DNA from: Felis catus
Taxonomy: Eukaryota
Length of the DNA stretch: 64,000 nt
Assembly (NCBI RefSeq): GCF_018350175.1
Contig: NC_058372.1
Location: 110,052,001 to 110,116,000 of the forward strand
Direction: 5' to 3'
Of this stretch, positions 36,990 through 49,970 are shown in pieces. Made by a program: the position numbers and the translations under genes. The notes under the pieces were generated by a model. The model worked only from the letters and a program-made list of their open reading frames with translations, did not search any database and was not told the origin of the DNA. Within the stretch, counting starts at the first letter, position 1; every line of letters starts with the position of its first letter.

Positions 36990-37900
36990 AACAGAGGTTC
37001 TGTGATCACTGACGAGTTTTGTGAACACGCTTGCAGGAGAGTCCTGCGCGGGGCGCCAACCGGGAAGAGCCACTGTCGCTCTTCCCCGCGAGCCTCACGG
37101 CGCCCAGAGCTCCACTGCACGCGGATACCGAGGAGGGTGTGTGCGTGGCGGGGAGGGGGGGGGAGCGCTCTGCGCCGGGGGCGGGTCCAGCCTGTCGCTC
37201 CCTCCGCCCCCCGAGTCACTGCCACCTTCTGGCTGCGCCCCAGCCCAGCAGCTCAGAGGCGTCCGCATCGCAGTGGACTGGAAAGGCGGCAGGGAGCTGG
37301 AGCCCGCGTCGCAGCTCTCGGCCACAGGGAGGCTGGGCGAACCCGCGCGCGAGGACACCTGGCCCAGGCTCAGCGCGGAGCTCTGCGCGCGGCTGGTACG
37401 TACCAGGTTGAGGGATAGCGGGCGTGAGCGTGGCTGGTGCGAAGGAGGGAGGGAAAGGACTTGGGGAGTCGGGGGAGACTGAGTGAGGGAAGATGTGGTA
37501 AGCGCAACTTTCCCATTTTCCGCTCAGTCTGCACAGGCACGGGGGAATTCAAAGCAGGTGCCCGGTGTGCTAGAGCGGCCACATCATTAGTATGCAAACT
37601 GAGGTACTGTCTGGGTGCAAGGGGGAGCTTAGGTCAACAGGCGTAACCTGGGAGGTTTGGTAACGTGTTTTTTGCCGAGTCTGCCCTGAAGGTGGACATT
37701 AGTGACCTCCTGTCCTGAGTTGTTGAGCCCTTAGCCTCTCTCGCCGGCAATGCCACGTCGTTTTCCTCGGGCTGCGCGTTCCCAGCCCCAGGCAGCTGCT
37801 GGCGGCCACCGGAAAAGCAGAGAGACGCGAGTTCTAACCCGCTCTGCCAGCGTCAGGCTCTGTGGCTTTAGCTAACTCACCTCATCTCACCTCACTAGTC
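36990..37900 (+). promoter_or_regulatory. CpG island promoter of an unidentified gene, probably + strand
   Basis: Sharp GC/CpG enrichment in an otherwise CpG-poor window; GC boxes GGGGCGGG at 37178-37185 and CCGCCC at 37204-37209; + strand donors downstream. Confidence 0.88.
37210..37395 (+). other. Putative non-coding first exon
   Basis: ATG-free GC-rich segment just after the GC boxes, ending at CTG|GTACGT (37396); an alternative donor GTG|GTAAGC lies at 37498. The start position is a guess. Confidence 0.55.
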
Positions 37901-38974
37901 TCCGTTCATTCTTTGACAAAATACGGGACTGATTAGACCGGATGATCCTGAGGTTTCCCCGAGCCTAGGACTCCTGCCCGGGAGGGACCCGAGTGTAATA
38001 TGTTCGCAGGGGTTTAGGAGATGGAGGGCGTGGGTCCTGCTTGCTGCTGCTGTAATCCCTTGGGGAAGCACCTGAAAGTGTCTTCTGGGGGAGATGGCCC
38101 GTCTGCCTCTGCTGGCTCCCTGCAGAGTAAGGCTGAGACTGACCCTCCAGTCCCATCTTCGTAGAATTCATCCCAGGGAGCGCAACTGAACTCGGTTTCT
38201 TTGGAAAACGTTTAGCATGAGCGGGGTAAAAGGGAAACACACTTAACCCTCCAGCCCCCACCTCACCCCACACTACCCCCTCCAAAAAAAACCCCTCAGT
38301 TATTACTAGTCGGAGTCTGTGCAGGACAGAAAGTAGAAATCTGAGCCCGGAGACCACTTAAATATCCACTTAGAAAAAAATCAAAAAGTAAAAACACAAC
38401 GGTTTGTATACTGAAAAAGAATTGGGTAAGAATTACTGTGAGCATTACATCTTTCTTTATGTACATGTAGATTCAAAATCTGTCTCTCCACTTTGTCTCT
38501 TCACAAGATGCCTTTCTTCATATCGGCGTTTCTACACATTAAAAAAAATCCTTCTGAGATTTAATATTCAGAAAGCTCAGAATTTGGGTTGTTAAAATGA
38601 GATCTGATGGCCATAAAGCTCACAGAAAGTCCTGTAATGGGGTAGATTGTGGATCGAGGTTGGTTAGGCCAACATTTTGAAAACCTTTTTTGTTTCCTAC
38701 TGATATGATCCATACTAGAATGCCCTTCTGTAGATACTACTCAAAAGCGTTCATTTTCTAAAAAGATGCTTCAGAAGATAAAATGATTCCATTTTGAAGC
38801 AAAGTATGATTTTTTGGGGGGGGAGTCTTAATTGACTTTAGTCTGCCACATCTTTCTACAACAAAATATCCAAGGCTAATGGAATACTTACGCAGGAAAT
38901 TTAAAAATGTGTCACATACCATTTGTGTTAGACAATTTTTCTCCTCTTTAGTCAATTTTAAACTAGAAATTTAG

Positions 38975-39760
38975 ATTTTTAGAAATTTACCCCTTTCAGT
39001 GATTTTTAAGGAAAATTTACCAAGTTGTAAAAACATTATCATAACTCAGTTTTTATAACACTTTCATCACCCCCAAAAGATTCCTCATGTCCATTTATGG
39101 TTAGTCTCTGTTCTCACTCCCAACCACTAATCTCTTTACAGTTTCTATAGATTTATCTTTTCTGGACATTTCTTATAAGTGGAATCATCCAATATGTGGT
39201 CTTTTGTTTATGGCTTCTTTTACGTAGCATAATGTTTTTGAGATTCATCTATGTTGTAGCATGTATCAGTATTTCATTTCTTTTTTTCCATTGTATGGAT
39301 ATACCACATTCTGTCTCTCTTCATTAGTGAATGGACATTTGTGTTGTTTTCAGTTTGAGGCTATTATGAATCATGATGCTAAGGACATTTTCATGCAAGT
39401 CTTAGTAGGTACATATGTTTTCATTTCTCATAAGTAGATATTCATCAGTGGAATTGCTGAGTTGTATGATAAACTTATGTCTATCTTTTAAATTTTTTTT
39501 TCTTTTTTTAACGTTTTTATTTATTTTTGGGACAGAGAGAGACAGAGCATGAACGGGGGAGGGGCAGAGAGAGGGGGAGACACAGAATCGGAAACAGGCT
39601 CCAGGCTCCAGGCTCCGAGCCATCAGCCCAGAGCCGGACGCAGAGCTCGAACTCATGGACCGCGAGATCGTGACCTGGCTGAAGTCGTACGCCCAACCGA
39701 CTGCGCCATCCAGGCGCCCCTATGTCTAACTTTTAAAGAGCATTATAGAGTGATTTTTTA
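38975..39760 (-). mobile_element. L1MB-type 3' end, split by a SINE
   Basis: TTTCATCACCCCCAAAAGA...TTTTCTGGACATTTC...GGAATCATCCAATATGTGGTCTTTTG...GGAATTGCTGAGT. Confidence 0.9.
39489..39720 (-). mobile_element. CanSINE of the young SINEC_Fc subfamily
   Basis: CCGACTGCGCCATCCAGGCGCCCC end; TSD TATGTCTA(T/A)CTTT at 39476-39488 and 39721-39733; internal GGCTCCA duplication. Confidence 0.95.
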
Positions 39761-39954
39761 GGTAGAAGTTTTATATTTACAAAAAGTCGAAAATTCTGGA
39801 GACATAAATGTTTCTTACTGGATCATATATGATTTGATACATATATGTAGAGAGAAGGTTGGGAGAGGAAATACTTTTCTTTCTTTCGAATTTAGAGCTC
39901 AGATAATTTTGAAAAAAAGTAGTATTTCTCAGAAATAAAATATTTTTAAAAACA

Positions 39955-40282
39955 ATTTTTTTTTGCAACAGTTTTATATTCAAAGTAAAATTGAAAGGAA
40001 AGTACAGAGATTTCCCATATAATCGGTGCCTTCACACATGTATAGCCTCCCCCATTATCAAAATCGTCCACAGGACTGGTGCATTTATTACAATAGATAA
40101 ACCTACACTGACATATTGTAATCATTCAAAGTCCATAGTTAACCTAGGATTCACTCTTTTACATTCTATGCACATTGTTTAGGCAAATGTGTAATGACAG
40201 GCATCCATTATTGTAATATCATGCAGAGTATTTTCATTGCCCTAAAAATCCTCTGTTTTCTGCCTATTCATACCTCTCCCCA
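39955..40282 (-). mobile_element. L1MC-type 3' end
   Basis: AAAATTGAAAGGAAAGTACAGAGATTTCCCATAT...CCTCCCCCATTATCAA...CAAAGTCCATAGTT...CCCTAAAAATCCTCTGT. Confidence 0.85.
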
Positions 40283-42364
40283 ATTTCTTTTTTTAATGCT
40301 TAATGAGAGTAAATCAGGCTTAATAAAGACTGAATTTCCTTCTATGTCCATTGAAAATGAGAAAGAAAGCAATTTGAAAATTGTGTTTCAAAATGTTGAT
40401 GAGACTCAGACCTTAATGGGCTGATAGTAAATTCAGTGGTTTTCCATTCCTTCAATACAAGATTTTAATTGAGTTAAAAAATAATTTTTCTGAATATAAA
40501 AACCCTAAAATCCTATGATAAAATAAGGTTCCTTAACCATGATGCCACATAATTCTTTTAAATAATAATTAAACATACTCTATTCTTAGATGTGGAGATC
40601 TAAGGCTTATGATTGCATATTTATGATGTGTATAAAAATCACATATTGAGAATAAATCTAGAGCTCCTGTATTCATATTTTAAAACTTCTGCCGTTAGTA
40701 CAGTGCTTTTCTGAATCTTGTTGGTCTCAGAAATCTTTATGTTAATATGCTGTATGTACTTTTTATGTTATGATCAGTTGGTGATATTACATAAAAAGAA
40801 CTCCAGGTTAAGAATCTGAACATACCAAAAGTGGTTATGTTGTTGTTGTTGCTGTTGTTTTATTGGATATACAACTGATTTTGAGAACTCAAATAGTCTA
40901 CTCTTCACTCAAGTGAGATTACTCTTTATTCCAGTTCTCAATGGCAAGACCAGTTTTATGCCCGGGTACGGTGCAGGCTGTGGGCTTTATAAATCAGAGT
41001 GGATTTGTGTCCTCCAGACACTTCTACTTCTAAAATATGATGGTTTCCAAGAGTTGGGTATTTAGTTGCAAAAGAAGTTCAGAGTTGTCTAAGAATAAAA
41101 TAATTTGGATTTGTTATACTGTATTCCTGAACAGGAAGAGGTAATCTCACCTGGAATCCTGGATCAGTTAGAATGAGATTTCTCAGACTGGAAAGAGGGT
41201 CAAGGAAAATGAAGGCACTTTGAGACTACATAGTCTGGGGCCAAGATGGCTCGAACTTGTTTGCAGCATTTATAGGCAAAATAAATGGAGCTAATTTTTT
41301 TCTTCTATTTCTTAAATTCTCCCTTCCCATAGTCTCTACTTCCTTAAGCTCTAAAATCTACTATGTTGATGAAAAAGAATCCCCACTTGGGAATATGGAA
41401 GTCACCATGGTTAACTCTAAGACTTTCACTTTTGAGGTGGAATAAAGGAGGAAACTGATATCCAGTGTGATAGTTTCAGGAATAAAACCATGGAAGACAG
41501 GGAAGAGTTAAGCAGTCTTCCCAAGCATGCGTCTACTTAAATTACTATAAAATTCTTTATTTCTAATCTTTATGGGCTGGGCTAATATGTCTCAGAAGAA
41601 AACACTATTTTTAAAAATCTGTGTATGCGTGTGTGCACGTGTGCATGCACATGCATGCACATAACTAAGGATGGCTTATAACTCATATAATTACATTAGT
41701 TTATTATGCTTGTTTATTTAAAAAATGAGAATAAGTACTTCTCTTGTGGAGTCTCTGGAGCCAAGGAATACTATTAAATTTCAAAACACTGAAATAAGCC
41801 CCTCTTCTCTGTCTTTCCCAAAGAGGCCTTGAAATCTAATAAAAAGCTAGATTGTAGATATGATAGATTTTCCACATGCTAAAGGTTTATAAAGAATCCA
41901 CCAAGCCAAAAGAAGATGTTATAGAGTCCAGAGCTTCCACAGAAACTACTCTTTCTTTTAGTTCCTACGTCTCTGAAGAAGGAGAGCTATCATGATTGTG
42001 TGCATTGCAGTAAAGAAGCAGTAACAAAAAATAAAAAGCAGCTCTACATCTTTCTAATATGCCATGAAATTGTATGTATGTATTTATATATACTCTTGTA
42101 ACTCTGACAAGTTTGGATTTGAGGGAGGTTGGACACCTAGTATAGTAGCCCTAGAAAGAGATGTTAAAGAGTAAATTGGGGATTAGGGATGACGAATTAG
42201 AGATGAACAAGAGTATTTGAAGTCTAGAAATATTAGAAGCTGAAGATGATCAGGTTTGACAAGTGGGATATGAAGTTAGAAAGAGGTGGGAGTAAAGAGT
42301 GCTTCTCAGAGTCTTGGCTTGAGGTTTGAGGCAATATAAGAATGAGGGCAAATTTGGCAGATTT

Positions 42365-42793
42365 ACTGGGTTGGATAATGTCGCCTCAAAATTCATGTAC
42401 TTCTTGGATTTTCAGAATGTGACCTTATTTAGAAAGTGGGTCATTGCAGTTGTAATTGGTTAATATGGACTAGGGTGGTCCCCTAACCCAATACAATTAC
42501 TATCCTTATAAGAAAAAAAAAAGACACAGAGACAGACACGGAGGAAGACAAACATAGAGGCAGAGACTGGAGTTATGCAGATGCAAGGAATTCTAAGATT
42601 TGCCAGCAACCACCAGAAGCTAGGAGAGATCTATAGGACAGATTCTCTTTCTGAATCCCCAAGAAAGAACCAACCCTACTGACACCTTGATTTTGGATTG
42701 CTGACCTCCCAAACTGTGTGGGAGTAAATTCCTATTGTTTTAAGGCACTTGGTTTGTGGCAATTTGTTGTGGCAGCCCTAGGAAACTAATATA
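42365..42793 (+). mobile_element. MaLR LTR (MLT1B/C-type) within degraded L2 sequence
   Basis: CAAAATTCATGT...CAGAATGTGACCTTATTT...CCAGCAACCACCAGAAGCTAGG...GGCAGCCCTAGGAAACTAATA. Confidence 0.92.
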
Positions 42794-43939
42794 GTGGGTA
42801 TGGGGGAAGATGATGAGTAAAAGAGGAATCAGAGTTGAAGATATCCAAGAGGCTGTTTTTTAACAAGCTCAGGAGGCATACAGGAAGTTAACTATAATGA
42901 TGAGACTTCTATGGCAAGCACGTAGAATGAGAAGGGAAGTGGGATAAAATGGAAGCCTAGGAAGTGAATTCTCCTGAGAGCCCAAAAAAGAGAAGCTGGA
43001 AAGGGCATTGTCATAGCAACAAGGGTATGTAGCGCGTCAAAATGTGTGGTGTGATCAATAGGTCATAGTCATGAGATGACCTTGTAGGAAAAGGGCTGAA
43101 AGGATTTTTTATTTGACAAGTAGCCTACCAGTCAGAGTAATAGTTTTATGATTGGGAGGTGGAGGCCAGATTTTACTGGGTGAAAAAAATGGAAAGTAAG
43201 GGAATGGGATCAGCCAGTGTTGAGCGCCCATCCTATGACTGTAACCAAAAAATGGGAAAAAAAGGTGGGTGGGTAGTGGGAGTCAGGACATAGGGTCAAA
43301 TTAATTTTTAGTTACTGTTTCAAGGAGAGGTCTTGATTCTCTCTTTCGATGCCATGAAAAAGTGATTAGTGTGGGAGAGGCTGAAGGCACAGAAAAGATA
43401 GTTTATGGAGCTGATTTCCAAAGGAGGAAATGGGATTAGGGCAAATGTAGAGAACTTCAACGTATAATGTATTTTTCAATATGTAACAGAGGCTTAAAAT
43501 TTTTCGAAGGGACCATGTTAACTTTTTCTTCATGTGGAAATGAGCATACATGTTAAGCGAATGGAAACTTAACTATTTACTGAACAACATACCAGGCCCA
43601 GACTAGGTGCTTTCACATATTACATTTATTCTCCAATCTGTGGAGTTGGTCTTATGGCTCTATTTTCTAAATAAGTGGGTGAAGAGAATATCTTTTCAAA
43701 GTCATTTAATAGAAAGTAGCGGATTTGAGATCAAATGCCGGGTTTGATTGGGGCTTAAATTCACAGCTTACCATTCTAACTCGAAATACTCAGCTCATTC
43801 ACTCATATTGGACATTCTTTTTTTTTTAACATTTATTTATTCATTAATATATTTATTCATTTTTCATCCTCTTAAATTAGCCACCTGTTAGCTTTTTAAT
43901 GTTGTTGTTTTGTTTTGTCTTATTTGTGTTGTTGTTGTT

Positions 43940-44035
43940 GTTTTGATCTAAGCTCTATACCCAATGTGGGACTTGAACTCCTGACCCTGAGTTCAAGAGT
44001 CACATGCTTCACCGACTGAGCCAGCCAGGTGCCCC
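43940..44035 (-). mobile_element. Short old CanSINE
   Basis: GGACTTGAACTCCTGACCCTGAGTTCAAGAGTCACATGCT...CTGAGCCAGCCAGGTGCCCC. Confidence 0.88.
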
Positions 44036-45520
44036 TCGAATTGGACATTCTGAACAGTTGCTGCTGAGCATGACACATGCCCTGTGCTCAGTATTAGTTG
44101 TAAAGATGGTTACAAAAAAAGCAATGTGTTCACTTGGGCAATGCACCCACTGTATCCTGAAATAGTCCAAGTCATATACCCACTGAACTAGGTTTGGTTT
44201 AAACCAGGTCATTTCGGGTTTTCCGTTAATTTGTACCACTTGGATTTGACAGTGCAGAAATGGGACCAGTCTACAACATGCGGGGTATAATTTTTATTTG
44301 TTTGCCTCAAGGAGGAGTGGGAGCAGGTTGTCAGGGGATGTGAGACATATTTTCCTCACAGGGTAGATCTGGGTCAGTTCCCTGAGATGTCTGTGGAATT
44401 TTGCCAAAAAGTATTAAGCTTCAAGTAAAACCCAGCATAAGTTGTTCCAACTCTGAGGAGTCCATGTTTTGGGTTCTAATTTGGGGAGAAACAAAGCACT
44501 TTTTTACTCATAGATGTTTATTTTTACCAACACTTTAAATAGAGTATCTTAATTTATCCTAATTTGTTGAAAACTTTTTATATTATTTATCAATAATTAT
44601 TATTGGTCTTAATAGTCAAAGGGTTCACTTCTTTACTTTGTTGTTTTATCTCAGTATGATCCACTTGAAATATGGATTTTATTAATGAAATAAGGATTTT
44701 GTATAATAACAACAATTTAGGCTTTATCTGAAAATATCTCAAATTGTCTTACAGAAATATTGTTAAAGGTTTACTTTGTCAACTTCTTTCAGATATTTTT
44801 ATCTTAAAGCCATCACACAAGAACATTTAAAGATTTTTTAATATTAGTTTTAATATTCAATACTGGGTATCTTCCAATTTTTGTATGTTTGTAGGGTTAT
44901 ATTTTTATATTGATGTAATGATGTTATACAGTTTGTATACTATTGCAAATTTTTAAAAAACCAGCATTTTTCCTTCATATGTAAAGTAACCCGTAAGACA
45001 GTTTTGGGTTAGATAAACTTTCAGATCTCAAGGGTATGAAACAGATAATTTTCCATTTTACCAAAAGAGTACATTCTAATTTTGCTGCACCCTGTGGTAA
45101 TCATTGATTTGAGAAATGAGAAAGCGAAAGAAAAACATACCCAATCCATTAAAATACATTGCTTTAAATATTAGCAACGTTCAAATGTAGAATTCAGTTT
45201 TTTCAAGAACCATATGTGCTTGCTATTGTAAATTCTTCACCAAGAATCACAGATTCTTACTCAATCTTTTTTGTCAACTCTGCCTTGTTACACTGTAATG
45301 AGTTATTCTATATTTTCTTTCCAGAGCCCGTAATATTTGCCACTTAAAATACCACTAAGTTTTAACTTTAAAATTTTTGAAGTGTTTCTGAGATAATTTA
45401 CATTGCAGTGAAAAATCAAGAAGTTTCAGAATTATATTAAGAAGAAAATAGGCTCTACCTATATTTCCACCATTAATTATAAAATCCTTTGCATATGTGG
45501 AACTTTGAAAAAACAAAATT

Positions 45521-45738
45521 GGGGCGCCTGGGTGGCGCAGTCGGTTAAGCGTCCGACTTGAGCCAGGTCACGATCTCGCGGTCCGTGAGTTCGAACCCCG
45601 CGTCAGGCTCTGGGCTGATGGCTCGGAGCCTGGAGCCTGTTTCCGATTCTGTGTCTCCCTCTCTCTCTCTGCCCCTCCCCCGTTCATGCTCTGTCTCTCT
45701 CTGTCCCAAAAATAAATAAACGTTGAAAAAAAAAAAAT
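45521..45738 (+). mobile_element. Young CanSINE (SINEC_Fc)
   Basis: Nearly identical to the copies at 2289 and 58875; CpG-rich. Confidence 0.97.
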
Positions 45739-45740
45739 TG

Positions 45741-45996
45741 AGGGTTGCCTGGGTGGCTCAGTTGGTGGCTCAGTTGGTTAATTATCTGACTCTTGATTTC
45801 GGCTCAGGTCACAATCCCAGGGTTGTGGGATCGAGCCCTGAAAGCCCTGAGTCAGGCTCTGTGCTGAGCGCAGAGCCTGCTTAAGATTCTCTGTCTCTGT
45901 CTCTCTGTCTCTCTTTCTCTCTCTCTCTCTCCTTTTCCCCTGTTTGTGCTCTCTCTCTCTCTCCCTGTCAAATAAAATAAAAAAAAAATTAAAAAA
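45741..45996 (+). mobile_element. Older CanSINE with a duplicated A-box region
   Basis: GGTGGCTCAGTT twice (45752-45775), (CT)n and A-tail. Confidence 0.93.
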
Positions 45997-46049
45997 GAAT
46001 TTTAGGGACTGGGTAGAAAGATACATTGGAGCTGTAGTGAAGAATTTTA

Positions 46050-46271
46050 ATTTTTTTTTAATGTTTATTTATTTTTGAGAGGGAGAGAGACAGAGACAGA
46101 TACAGCATGAGCAGAAGAGGGGCAGAGAGAGAGGAGACACAGAATCTGAAGCAGGCTCCAGGCTCTGAGCTGTCAGCACAGAGCCCGACTCGGGGCTCGA
46201 CCCCACAGGCCGAGAGAGCATGACCTGAGCAGAAGTTGTATGCTTAACTGACTGAGGCACCCAGGCGTCCC
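46050..46271 (-). mobile_element. CanSINE
   Basis: TSD TGT(A/G)GTGAAGAATTTTA at 46033-46049 and 46272-46288. Confidence 0.96.
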
Positions 46272-46776
46272 TGTGGTGAAGAATTTTATATGCTGGCATG
46301 AAAACTTTGGACTTAAATTTGTAGCTAATTTGCATTCTTGAAAGTTTTTGAGTAGGGAGTCATATAATCAGTGTGGTACTCTATGAGTCAAAAATTATTT
46401 TGACAGGTTGTTTAGATGAGGATAAATATAAGAGTGGCATGCATTTTTAAAAGAAACCAGACAGTGAAAAAATGGTTATTTGTAGAATTGGTTTAAAAAT
46501 TTTTGGTTTATGGCAATTCAATATGAATTGGTATTGTGAAGTGCTTGTCAAACAAAAGTAGTGTATTTTTAAGTTGTATCAATAGCTGTGTCTTATCCAG
46601 AATGGAGGAAATGATGGTCCTACTCTGTTATGCTGTGGTCAAATTGTTCTCCCTCTTTTCCACCAAAAAATTCCCAGAAATCTAGGGTATAACTTAAGTG
46701 CTCCATAGAAAAGTGCAAAGTTTCAATGAAATTTTATATTCATCTTACAAGTAAGTATAAATTTTGCATTCTACTT

Positions 46777-46983
46777 CTTTTTAACAATTTTTTAAAAAGT
46801 TTATTTATTTATTTTGAGAGAGCACATGCATGAGTGGTGGTGGGGCAGAGAGAAGGAGACAGGATACAAAGCCCACTCAGCACTGCCTGTGCAGAGCCCC
46901 ATGCAGTGCTTGAACTCACAATGGTGAGATGATGACTGGAGCTGAAGTCCAACACTTAACCAACTGAGCCACCCAGGTGCCCC
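46777..46983 (-). mobile_element. CanSINE (older)
   Basis: Full body; partial TSD TGCATTCT at 46765-46772 and 46984-46991. Confidence 0.92.
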
Positions 46984-46991
46984 TGCATTCT

Positions 46992-47105
46992 TCAGGCTCT
47001 GAGCTGTCAGCACAGAGCCTGATGTGGGGCTCGAACTCACAAACCATGAGATCATGACCTGAGCCAAAGCCAGTCGTTCAACCGACTGAGCCACCCAGGC
47101 ACCCC
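46992..47105 (-). mobile_element. CanSINE 5' half only (tail missing)
   Basis: CAGGCTCTGAGCTGTCAGCACAGAGCC...CCACCCAGGCACCCC with no (GA)n or T-tail. Confidence 0.92.
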
Positions 47106-47772
47106 TCTTTTGTTTTAATTAATATAAATATTCTTTAATATATATACTATCAAGTAAGACTGCTTTGATATTCAAAATTTATCACATGGTTGTGAGTACC
47201 TTCTGGCACACAGTCTAATACTTCCAAGGATACAGGTTTCCTACCTGAGGAAGCACACAGCCTTAGCTGTATATGGGACCCACAGGCTCTTAATAGACTA
47301 AGAATTCTCTCTGAGTTTAACAGATAGGCGCACAATTCAGATTTCCATTGATTAGAGTTTGTATTGCATGGATTAACCTAGATAGTCATATTACTGCTAA
47401 TATCAAAGTATTTGGTAATATGTTTACATAAACATATATGTGCACTTATTATAAAAAAATCATAGAAGTATTGTTATATTAAAAAATGGAGGCCTGTATT
47501 TGTAGCTCCTGAGGTGGTGAGGCAAGGTTGGACAGCTTTAAGATATTACACTTTGTTGCAACATTTGTGGGCTTTTGTGTTTTGTTTGGTCATGTTCCTA
47601 TTTCTTAAATTAGTGTTTTGAGGGAGACAGATGTTGAATAAATAAAATTTTGCAAATTATTATTTAGGAAACTTTAAAATTAAAATGTTTTCTTGCTTTA
47701 TTGGTGTTTAGTTATTTAGTTTCTTTTATACTCTCTTCTCTATTTTACTTACACCAAGATTTCTTCAAAAAC

Positions 47773-48014
47773 TTTTTTTTAATGTTTATTTATTTATTTT
47801 TCACAGAGAGAGAGTGAGAGAGCAAGTGAGTGAGAGAGAGCGCACAAGCAGGGGAGGGGCAGAGAGAGAGAGAGAGGAACACAGAATCTGAAACAGGTTC
47901 CAAGCTCTGACCTGTTAGCACAGAGCCCAACATGGGGCTCGAACCCACAAACTGTGGGATCATGACCTGAGCCAAGGTTGGACGCTTAACCAACTGAGCC
48001 ACCTAGGTGCCCCC
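47773..48014 (-). mobile_element. CanSINE
   Basis: Tail, body and CTGAGCCACCTAGGTGCCCC. Confidence 0.94.
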
Positions 48015-48409
48015 AAAAGCTCTTCTAAGAGTTGCTAAACTGAAAGGGAAAGTATCTTCCCTATTACCAGCTCCAGACTAGCTTTTAGTGATTTGGTTAC
48101 CAGACCATGTAGCTCCCTTGAGTTTGATGTTATTATAGTTATAACAAAAGGGGTGCAGGCAATGTGTTTATTTTAGCCATAATACTGGATGGGTTGTATC
48201 ACGGCAGAGCTATCTACTTATTTGCTCAGAATGATTCATCATAGTTTACAGAGAGAGCAGCCCCAAATTCAGGAGATTAGTTTTCATTTTATTTTTTAGT
48301 AAATTGCTTTACTACCCATCCCTGCTTAATTAAGAGGTTAAAAATGCCTTATCTGCATGTATTTTACAATTTTGTCTAGGCGCATTATTTTGTAATCATT
48401 ATTAAATAT

Positions 48410-48900
48410 AGTATAAACACCTCCTTAATGCTAAGGAATATGCCAGGCACCGAGGAAACCAGGTTGAACAGAATAAGGTTCTAGCCCTTGAACAACATGG
48501 GTTAATGTTGAGTAGGTAAATAATCATAAAAGTAGGTGACTAATGCCATCACAGTAGTATGAATCAGTTGTAGAGATGCTCAGAGGTAGTTATATGTAAT
48601 TCTAAAATCAGGGACAGTTTCTCAGAGGAGGTGATGTTATTGCTAAATCTTGACAGATAACCAATAGTTTGCCAGGCAAAGGGGAATGTGTCCTAGGAAG
48701 AGGAAAGACCTAAAGTGTGTAGTGTGTTTAGGGAACTATAATTAAATCACATAGTGGACCCAGCAGGTGTGGCTGGAAGTTTGATGGGAAGTAGATTCAG
48801 AAGTGCCTTCCGTGCCATGCTAAATAGCTTGGACTTGACTGATGGTTTTAAAGTAGTGGAGTAGCAGAATCTTATTTGTACTATGGTATACTGGCTGCAA
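48410..48900 (-). mobile_element. Degraded L2
   Basis: TATGCCAGGCAC...TTCTCAGAGGAGGTGATG...GCCATGCTAAATAGCTTGGACTT, L2-like. Confidence 0.6.
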
Positions 48901-49622
48901 GCCCATGTTTCCCAAGGCACCTGCCTCTTCCTGCACAACAGAGAGGTAAGGGACAGTGAGGAAGATAGAGGCAAGGCTGTACTCATGTTCTGATGTGTGA
49001 GCAAGTTTTTAGATTGGTTGATTGAGTCGTTGCCTTTGTCCTAAGAGGTAGGTCGGATATAAATGGGATACATTGAAACTGAGTATGTAAATGTAGGTTT
49101 AACTATTGACAAGAATTGAAGGTCTTTCCTTGACATTGCTATACTTAAATAGAGTTATGTGTTAAAACATTTCAGGAATAGGCTTATAAAGTTCTTATGT
49201 TTTCCCCATTTTTTTTGTCTTTTAACAGGCACTATCTAAATAGCAAAGTTCTTTGAAATTATGAAAGCTTTGAAAGTCACATTTTAAATCTGATTGAAAA
49301 AAGAATGACCTCCTTTATGTGTGTGTGCTTTTTAAAATAGACTTTTTTGGCCACAGATTCTGGCTCTGATGCATTAGTTTTCTGTCTGCTTCTCTAAAGA
49401 TCCAAGGATAGAGTTTAAATTAAGGATACATTCAAGAGTACCCTTCAGGGTAGGACCTAGCTCTGCACTGATTTCTATTTAGTGACAGTTGGAGAGCATT
49501 CTGAGAAATGTGTATAGATTATGTGATTAGTCACTTAGGGCCCCTGGCCTCCTGTTAACCTGGCCCTCTTGAGAAGCAGTGCACTGGGAGCAGCTGGGGT
49601 TGGTTGGGGGGGACTCAGTGCT

Positions 49623-49673
49623 GTTGCCTAGCAGTCCCAGAGGAGCAGTCATTAGGGGTTGTTGCCGAGCAAC
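49623..49673. promoter_or_regulatory. Pair of RFX X-box-like motifs
   Basis: GTTGCCGAGCAAC (49661-49673) fits GTNRCC-N0-3-RGYAAC; GTTGCCTAGCAGT (49623-49635) is a near match. Both lie in a unique GC-richer patch. Confidence 0.5.
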
Positions 49674-49970
49674 CAAGGGGCCATGGTGGTGCATCATCCC
49701 CCATGAGGTGTTACGGTAGTGGGCCTGCCCCCGTGGATGAAGCAGTACAGTTTGGCAGGAGGCCAAGCCTCCCTCAGAGGCACAAGGGTTGTTAGCAGTA
49801 AGTATTTGACCTTAGGATCAAAGATGATAACTTATGTTCTATGACCATGCAAGCAATTTATGGAATTATTGATGTAAATTTAATTAAACATGAACTGGGA
49901 GCAAGTCAGGTAGCTGTCGCAGCTAAAATTCTCATTCAACTACGTTCATTCCAGTTTCTTTCTCCTTCAG

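Noticed and set aside
37585..37599. CATTAGTATGCAAAC as a Sox-Oct composite site
   Set aside because: Three mismatches, including in the Sox core and the last octamer base.
36783..37646. Overlapping 70-150 aa ORFs on both strands
   Set aside because: Stop codons are scarce in a CpG island; most starts are non-ATG and no domain is recognisable.
41620..41662. Alternating purine-pyrimidine tract with TGCATGCA palindromes
   Set aside because: Common degenerate (TG/CA) microsatellite.
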